Source: an uncultured Verrucomicrobiae bacterium
GTDB lineage: Bacteria > Verrucomicrobiota > Verrucomicrobiia > Chthoniobacterales > JAFAMB01
Assembly (NCBI GenBank): GCA_963782115.1
Contig: CAWAIK010000003.1
Coordinates: 1-64,000, forward strand
Length of the DNA: 64,000 bases
Direction of reading: 5' to 3'
The translations under genes and the position numbers were made by a program. The notes under the pieces are model-generated. The model worked only from the letters and a program-made list of their open reading frames with translations, had not been told where the DNA came from and did no database searches. Numbering within the stretch: position 1 is the first letter of the stretch; each line of letters begins with the position of its first letter. Positions 57,867 through 64,000 of the stretch are shown here, one piece after another.

Positions 57867-58212
57867 GGGCTCGCGGTCTTTCGTCACCACGGTCATCGTA
57901 TCTGCCCTGGGCTCCGAAAACAGTATTTTTGTCACTCGCCTTGTAGGTTCGGTGGGGTCGTGTCTTTGCCAGCTACTGCTGTTAGTGGAAGCGATAGCCA
58001 AGGCTAAAGCAATAGCGGGAACGGTTCCGTGCTCCAAGATGTGAAGTATACAACGTTTGATCATAATTCACTATGCGCTTTCGGTTACGTCCTCTTTTGA
58101 ATTCGAGGACGATTATGTACCTCAAAAACATTCCGCCGTCTTCTCTTCTCGGTCTGCAAATAGAGTGTGCATCATTCGCGATCAGCACGTTGTTGTTAGG
58201 ATGTTTCCCGAT

Positions 58213-58500
58213 TTACTCAACTGCCACAAGATCGTTAAATGCGGGTCTCCGTGGGGGTTGATTCCAACCGCTCTCCTCGAGCTCGGAACTCTGCTGGGCG
58301 GCAGGTAGTGGTCCTCTTATCAGTAATGGGCTAAATCCGGCGCCTGTTGAAGAACAACCCATTGCAAGCACAACAGTCGTCCCAAGAGCTACTGCGAGTA
58401 ACGCCAGCCGCCTGGGGTGGACCAAAATGGCTCCGGAACAATGACTGCTACTCAAACTAGCATGGACCGGACATGGCGTGTTAACTATGTATTTATTCAT
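58213..58500 (-). CDS. Small lipoprotein-like protein
   Basis: RRLALLAVALGTTVVLAMGC lipobox-like segment; start uncertain. Confidence 0.4.
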   Translation of the reverse strand: MNKYIVNTPCPVHASLSSSHCSGAILVHPRRLALLAVALGTTVVLAMGCSSTGAGFSPLLIRGPLPAAQQSSELEESGWNQPPRRPAFNDLVAVE

Positions 58501-58780
58501 TTCCATTTGAGGACTCCCATAGTTAATTACCTTGTTTCGTCCGGATTTATTCCAGGCCGAAAGCGGCAGGATGGTTTTCACTTCGGTGCGGGTATCTATT
58601 GTAGCCGAAAGCCGAGAGGACAATTATTCCGCTCACGGGGCTACTGACGGTACTTTCTGCGCGCTTGCTACCGGCGTCTTGCTGGTGGGGTCAGTGGAGG
58701 CTAAAATCTAATCTGGGAAGAATGCAAACGAGCGCTCAGAGGAGCTCAAGACAATCATCAAAAAGAATGGTTAAATTTGT

Positions 58781-59881
58781 TTAAATGAGAACGATTTGGA
58801 GCAGCACTCCAAGGCCCACAGCAAGTAGCCAGAGCGCTGGAGCCGGTGTTCCGGTGGGTCGGCGCAGGCGCGCGTGCCTCGCCGCGAAACGGAGGTCTAG
58901 TAACATCCAATCCCGATGGCGTCGTTCGAACACCAGGAAAACAACAGCGGTGACCACGCCATAAATTAGATGACCAATCAGCCCGGCAAGTGCACCCCAA
59001 CCGATGGATCGAACGGTGCGTGAACCAGGTGGTTCCGGTTGGCAATTGATGGGATCGCTTTCGATAAATAGGGCAATCCAAAGTCGGTCAGCGGTGGCGT
59101 AGATTACGCCTACAATCAGGCCGTAGACAATATGTCCTACGAGTGATCCATACAATTCCTGACCGTGCTGATAAGACCAATCCAAGCCGCGTCCTTGCCA
59201 GAGAGGCATGAGCGTCATCGGCCCCAGAAACCACCAGAAAATCCCGTAACCAAACCCCCACCCCAGGCAGGATCCGTACCCGCGAACATCCCGCTGAAAA
59301 AGCAACCCAAAGGAGGCGCCGATGATGAAGGCGAAGACAAAATGTAATGCAATCCCAGCGTTGCGAGAGCTAAGATGAATAAGGCCCGCGATCAGAGGAA
59401 AATGATTTATTTTCGCCATCCACTAACCAAAGGCCCATCCGCCCAGCAGTCCCGCTAGCCCGCCGACCACCACGGCTCGGGACAAGCTGAATTTCGCTTC
59501 TCCGGGTTGATCTGGTGCTCGTCCCCGATTTACGGTTCCAAGAACAATGCCAAGTGGAGCGCCAAAAAATATGATGTAACCGACCAGGTCTGGGAAACGA
59601 GCTCGCACTTTGTCTAGCACCATTGTCGATCCTGGGGAGGAGGACGCAAACAAAGGCCCCATAGCGGCCGACCCGACTAGCCAAAACACCATCGCGAAAG
59701 CAAGGCCCCATAAAAGACCGGCGCCAGGCGTATTCGCGCGTGGCCTGGCAACCAGGCAAAAAATCAATCCGTAAATACAGCCCAGGAGCAATCCGGTGAG
59801 AGGTGCGACCAATCCGGCGAGACTTAGGAAAGCGCCGCCGGCCGCGCCAACAGGCAGACAGCAAAAGATGGCTTTTTTCAC
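58781..59881 (-). pseudogene. Polytopic membrane protein split by an in-frame TAG at 59423-59425
   Basis: The two ORFs share a frame (..WAFG*WMAK..); repeated GHxxYG helices. Confidence 0.75.
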
Positions 59882-61590
59882 GTGACTGCCACTTTTGGAC
59901 CCTTTTGACGCATGCCAGAATCGTTGAAATCAATGGTTTGCACGATGTCTCGGGGAAAAAAGAGTTCAAGCGTCCAGTCGGTTAAAACTCGCACCTTGCG
60001 TTCGAAGCCGGGCAGTTTGCTCAGATAAATTCCGCGCCATAGAAGCCAGGCGAACAAGCCGCTGAATTTTCGTCCCCTGATCTCGGCGCAAGCTGTGTGG
60101 TAGCCGACTATGCACAAAGTGCCGAGAGATTTAAAACAGAATTCCTTAAGTGGACGAGCAAGTAAGTAAGCGCGAATATTATAAGCCAGCACAACCGCCT
60201 CTCTGGTTGCGACCTGAGCGGTCGGCGGACAGGGTTTACCCGTCTTCATATCGGGCACCGATGCACAGTCACCGAGGGCCCAAACATTCCCATAGTCTAG
60301 TACTGCCAGCGTCCGGTCGACCAATACGGCACCTCGGCTATCGTGTTTAACCGGCAACTCTTTAAGGATCGGATTCGGTGTAGCACCGGCGGTCCAGACA
60401 AATGTTTCCGTCGCGATTTCTTCTGACGGACTTAGGCTTATGGAACCGGATCTTGCGTCGACAACCCGGGTGTTTAGTTTGAAAGTAACCCCTCGTTCAC
60501 GCATTCGCTGCATCGCGTAAGCAGCTAGAGACTCACTTAACTCGGGTAAAATTCGTCCCCGTGAATGGACGAGGATGATGCGGAGATCATCCGGCGATAG
60601 ATTTGGGTAATCAGCGATGATACCTCTCGCGAGATCATTTAAGCCGCCGGCGAGTTCCGCCCCCGAAAAGCCGCCGCCGGCGACCACGAATGTAAGCAAT
60701 GCTCGGCGGCACTCTGGGTCGGGCTCTGCATCAGCCCGCTCAAAGCCGTCGATTACGTGGTTACGGAGCCGCATTGCGTCCCCAAGCGTTTTGAACTCCA
60801 GTGCGTTTTCAGCAACTGCAGTATTGCCTGGATAGTTAGAGACTGAACCAAGAGCTAGAACCAGATGATCATAGGGTAGTCCGATTTGTGCCCCGTTATC
60901 GTTCAGGTGAACCCGCCTGCCTTCGAGATCGATCCTGTTAACGCGGCCGCGCAAGACACGCGTCCGTTTGAGGCTTGTCCGCAAAGGAGTGGTAATATGC
61001 GTGGGTTCCAAGCCGCTGGTGGCCACTTCAACAAGCATCGGCGTGAACAGCCATGCATTTGTGTCGCTAATCAGGGTGAAAGATACTGTCGGATCGCTCC
61101 GAAACTGTCTTTCGAGACGCTCCGCCGTGGTGACCCCGGCGAATCCACCACCAAGAATCACTACCTGAGTCACTTTTTCCGGACGTGAGATCGCTCGGAT
61201 CGGTGATTCCGGACCGAGAGAGTATTGGGCAAGCTCCCGCGCTGCTTGGGACAGGATTCCCAGAAAGAAGCAGGATAACAGCCAACAAATTAATGCCGGA
61301 AAAAGTGCCCTCATTTCCTCGGCTGTCCATTGTGGCTGTTGTCCTCTGACCAATGGGAGAAGGATGACGTTGATGGTGGCCCAAAAGGGCAATCCCAGAG
61401 CGGCACAGGTCATTGCGCGATCGATGGCCGAACCGCCTCTCAGGTCGAAGAACGCGAAAATTTGAGCAATGCCAAGCAGCGCGCCGAGAAACAGTCCTAA
61501 GCCGATATTTCTGACAGCCAAACAAAGAAAAGGGCTCGAAACCGTGCCGCAAACCAAACCGATCAAAACACGTCGGAGAATTAGCTTCAT
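59878..61590 (-). CDS. NDH-2-like FAD/NAD(P) oxidoreductase with N-terminal TM domain
   Basis: ILGGGFAG, LVLALGS, VAGGGFSGAELAG, WALGDCA, PPTAQ. Confidence 0.9.
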   Translation of the reverse strand: MKLILRRVLIGLVCGTVSSPFLCLAVRNIGLGLFLGALLGIAQIFAFFDLRGGSAIDRAMTCAALGLPFWATINVILLPLVRGQQPQWTAEEMRALFPALICWLLSCFFLGILSQAARELAQYSLGPESPIRAISRPEKVTQVVILGGGFAGVTTAERLERQFRSDPTVSFTLISDTNAWLFTPMLVEVATSGLEPTHITTPLRTSLKRTRVLRGRVNRIDLEGRRVHLNDNGAQIGLPYDHLVLALGSVSNYPGNTAVAENALEFKTLGDAMRLRNHVIDGFERADAEPDPECRRALLTFVVAGGGFSGAELAGGLNDLARGIIADYPNLSPDDLRIILVHSRGRILPELSESLAAYAMQRMRERGVTFKLNTRVVDARSGSISLSPSEEIATETFVWTAGATPNPILKELPVKHDSRGAVLVDRTLAVLDYGNVWALGDCASVPDMKTGKPCPPTAQVATREAVVLAYNIRAYLLARPLKEFCFKSLGTLCIVGYHTACAEIRGRKFSGLFAWLLWRGIYLSKLPGFERKVRVLTDWTLELFFPRDIVQTIDFNDSGMRQKGPKVAVT

Positions 61591-61635
61591 AGAGCAGCTT
61601 TCGTGGGTTTGCCTTATTGACTCCTGGTCCTTGGA

Positions 61636-62016
61636 TCAATGCAGCGTCTTGAGGTAAGCCACGATGGCGGCAGTATCCTGCTCGTTGTACTTTTTGGCGA
61701 ATGATGGCATCTCATCCTTTATTCCGCTCTGGATCACGAGCGCCATATGCGCACCACTGATTTGGAGCTTCAGAAGGCTCGGCGCGTCCTCGCCTCCATC
61801 CGCATCTTGACCATGGCAGTGAGCACAGCTTTGAAAGAAAAAAGTTCGTCCTTTGGCTGCCAAGGTTGCAGCATCGAGCGGCTTGTTTCCAGGTTCCGTC
61901 TCTCTTTCGATGTAATTCCGATAGATTGCACCAGCCGTAAATGTCGCGACCAGGATCAATACCGAGGTGATGACGCCTGCCACTGCACCCTTGATTTCCA
62001 GAGGGGTCACTATCAC
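61636..62016 (-). CDS. Monoheme cytochrome c
   Basis: TM anchor, CAHCH, distal EMPSF; GTG start overlaps the upstream stop. Confidence 0.88.
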   Translation of the reverse strand: MIVTPLEIKGAVAGVITSVLILVATFTAGAIYRNYIERETEPGNKPLDAATLAAKGRTFFFQSCAHCHGQDADGGEDAPSLLKLQISGAHMALVIQSGIKDEMPSFAKKYNEQDTAAIVAYLKTLH

Positions 62017-62441
62017 GGCACACCCCCGCCGCTCAAGAGCAGTTCTCCCCCGAAATACCCTGCCGCAGCAACAAATCCAGAAGCTAGCAACATCAAGACC
62101 AGATACAGGCATAGTCCAGTTCGTGACATCGCGTCCTTTACCACAAGCCTCCACACGGCCAAGGCCACCAGAAGGCCGAAGGCCGGCCAAACGAATCGGT
62201 GATGCCAGCCGAAATCACCGCGGCCCCACATATCACCTTTGGTGAGGGCGATACCGGAGACCACGGCACCCACAGACGCCAGGGCGGCAGCGGCTAGACC
62301 GTAGAAGCTCACTAGCCGCAGCCCCCGAGCAAACGTTAGCTTCTTAAAGGCGACAGAGACGAAATCGCACGCCGTTGAAAACAGCAGCAGGGCGATAGGG
62401 AAATGTGTCATTGCGCCGTGAAGCTTATCCCAGGGAATCAT
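62013..62441 (-). CDS. DUF2231-like membrane protein
   Basis: LHGAMTHFPIALL..GYFGGELL. Confidence 0.8.
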   Translation of the reverse strand: MIPWDKLHGAMTHFPIALLLFSTACDFVSVAFKKLTFARGLRLVSFYGLAAAALASVGAVVSGIALTKGDMWGRGDFGWHHRFVWPAFGLLVALAVWRLVVKDAMSRTGLCLYLVLMLLASGFVAAAGYFGGELLLSGGGVP

Positions 62442-62456
62442 TGAAAGCCTTTCCGG

Positions 62457-63410
62457 TCATCCGAGTGTAGAGTCCACCACAGCTAAGCTATGATTCGTTT
62501 CGGTATAGTTGACGCTGGTCAGTCCGAGCATCTTCTTGAGTTGAGGGGCGTCGACGACCACTGGGAGCGGTTTGGGCACTGAACCAGGTGCTGGTAACGG
62601 GAACGCTGTACCCCTGGCGGTGTGGAAGGTAATGTTGCCCTCCACCTTCTGCATGACCTGGTGAATATGCCCGTTTAAAACCGTCACTGACCCGAAACGC
62701 TTGACAAAGGAGAGCGCTCGCTCGGCGTCGTCGGTCCCCCAGCCCCACTTAGGATAGACAGCCCACAATGGAATATGCGCGAACAGGACAATCGGAGTAC
62801 TGGGCGACAAGCCTTTCACGTCTTTTTCAAGCCAGTCGATTTGTTCCTGGCCAAGAGTTCCCAGGCCACCCTCCTGGATATTTGCCACGTTGACCAACCC
62901 AATGAAGTGCACCCCTTTTTGGTCGAAGCTGTACCATCCGGTCCCTGTCGTATTTTTTCCGAATCGTTCCCGGTATAGTGCACCGCCATCGTAGATGTCG
63001 TGCTCGCCAGGCACATAGAAGACATCTTTTGTTCTGCTGTCTTTCAGTACCTGGGCGAGGGTATCGAACTGTGCCGGATCAGAAAGATGCGTTAAATCGC
63101 CGGTGTGCAGCAGGAACTCAGGGACCTTCGGTAACGCGTTGATGTGCGTAATCGTCTCCCGAAAGGTTCCAATAACGTCCGTGTTTGCCGGTTTATTAAA
63201 GCCGATGTGACTGTCGCTGATCTGGACGAAGTTCAGTTCCGCCGTAGCGATTGTACTTAGGTTTTTTGCTTCCTGGCCTAGGACTGTGGAAGTCAACAGC
63301 CCTCCGTTGATGGACCAAATGACGCCGGTGCCGGCCCAGGCCATACATTTGAGAAATCCTCGACGGTCAATGCCGTCGTCGTTCGTATTCGTTTCGATGA
63401 AGTCTGACAT
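62457..63410 (-). CDS. Tat-exported metallophosphoesterase
   Basis: DRRGFL signal; QISDSHIG, HTGDL, PGEHD, LNGHIHQ. Confidence 0.9.
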   Translation of the reverse strand: MSDFIETNTNDDGIDRRGFLKCMAWAGTGVIWSINGGLLTSTVLGQEAKNLSTIATAELNFVQISDSHIGFNKPANTDVIGTFRETITHINALPKVPEFLLHTGDLTHLSDPAQFDTLAQVLKDSRTKDVFYVPGEHDIYDGGALYRERFGKNTTGTGWYSFDQKGVHFIGLVNVANIQEGGLGTLGQEQIDWLEKDVKGLSPSTPIVLFAHIPLWAVYPKWGWGTDDAERALSFVKRFGSVTVLNGHIHQVMQKVEGNITFHTARGTAFPLPAPGSVPKPLPVVVDAPQLKKMLGLTSVNYTETNHSLAVVDSTLG

Positions 63411-63589
63411 GATGGTTTGTACTCTGGTTGATAGGGATTGGGCGTGCCGTAGCGCACCCCTCATCAGGTACATACCGATTGAGATCAGAAATTATTCCTG
63501 CCGCACTGGAAAGCGGGATTGGGGAATAAACTTCAACGAAAGCCGGTATCTTTTAATGTAACCTCTCCACTGCCTCCGGTCAGCCTTTG

Positions 63590-63806
63590 TAAAAAAGCGA
63601 CGGTAGAAGCGGTGCGCGAGGCGATCGCAGCGTTGCCGGTCGCGTTTCGCGAAGTGGTGGTTCTCCGGGAATTAGAGGGTTTATCATACAAGGAAATCTC
63701 TGAGGTGAGCGGAGTTCCTCTTGGTACGGTGATGTCGCGCCTTGCGCGCGGTCGCCACCAGCTCTACCTCCTGTTGTCGGATCGGAAGCAGCACGACCAG
63801 CTATGA
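63590..63806 (+). pseudogene. ECF sigma factor, region 4 only
   Basis: LPVAFREVVVLRELEGLSYKEIS..GTVMSRLARGR; region 2 absent. Confidence 0.85.
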
Positions 63807-64000
63807 ATTGCCAAGAATGCCACGACTACATCGATGCTTACGTCGATAATGAGCTGGATGTCGCTGCGACAATTCTGGTGAAACAACACTTGCGTGACTG
63901 CGTCCGATGTCAGCAGCTTCTCGAGGCCCGAAAAGCCGTGGGGGCTTTGCTCGACAATCCGCAGGTTAGATTTGAAGTCCCAGATTCCCTTCTTGGGAAG
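63803..64000 (+). CDS. Zinc-finger anti-sigma factor (runs off window end)
   Basis: MNCQECHDYIDAYVDNELD..HLRDCVRC (HxxxCxxC). Confidence 0.88.
   Translation, partial: MNCQECHDYIDAYVDNELDVAATILVKQHLRDCVRCQQLLEARKAVGALLDNPQVRFEVPDSLLGK

Noticed and set aside
37802..59425. Genetic-code reassignment explaining the in-frame stops
   Set aside because: The stops differ (TGA and TAG) and both are used as normal terminators elsewhere in the window.
1539..63561. Most short overlapping or antisense ORFs in the track (e.g. 13646-14305, 38853-39422, 47878-48552, 50602-51255)
   Set aside because: Shadow frames of recognisable genes, with no motifs of their own.

Overview
Heavily scrambled accessory region of a bacterium, probably a soil Verrucomicrobiota (Spartobacteria-like); this assignment is inferred from the style of the sigma-70, ClpC, HTH-REC and REP-like sequences. 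Most of the window is a patchwork of gene scraps and mobile-element debris: IS21, ISAzo13, ISKra4, IS91, IS3 and IS200/605 remnants, intact IS701 and IS1380 transposases, two tyrosine-recombinase copies, several MITEs and a tRNA-Glu 3' fragment. The best candidate for a new system is a stand-alone non-retron, non-group-II reverse transcriptase (YVDD; about 588 aa once a 1-nt frameshift is bridged; 38931-40696). It has a long helical C-terminus and a hairpin-dense ~200-nt upstream region (candidate ncRNA), and it sits among a family of TGTCG...AATCGTAGAC transposon-like ends that also bracket an intact GHKL/MORC-like ATPase. Also present are YopT-like and M91/NleD-like proteases and three GrlR-like paralogs. 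The right end (46-64 kb) holds more ordinary metabolic and regulatory genes, many with frameshifts. All family calls come from motif recognition by eye; no database searches were run.
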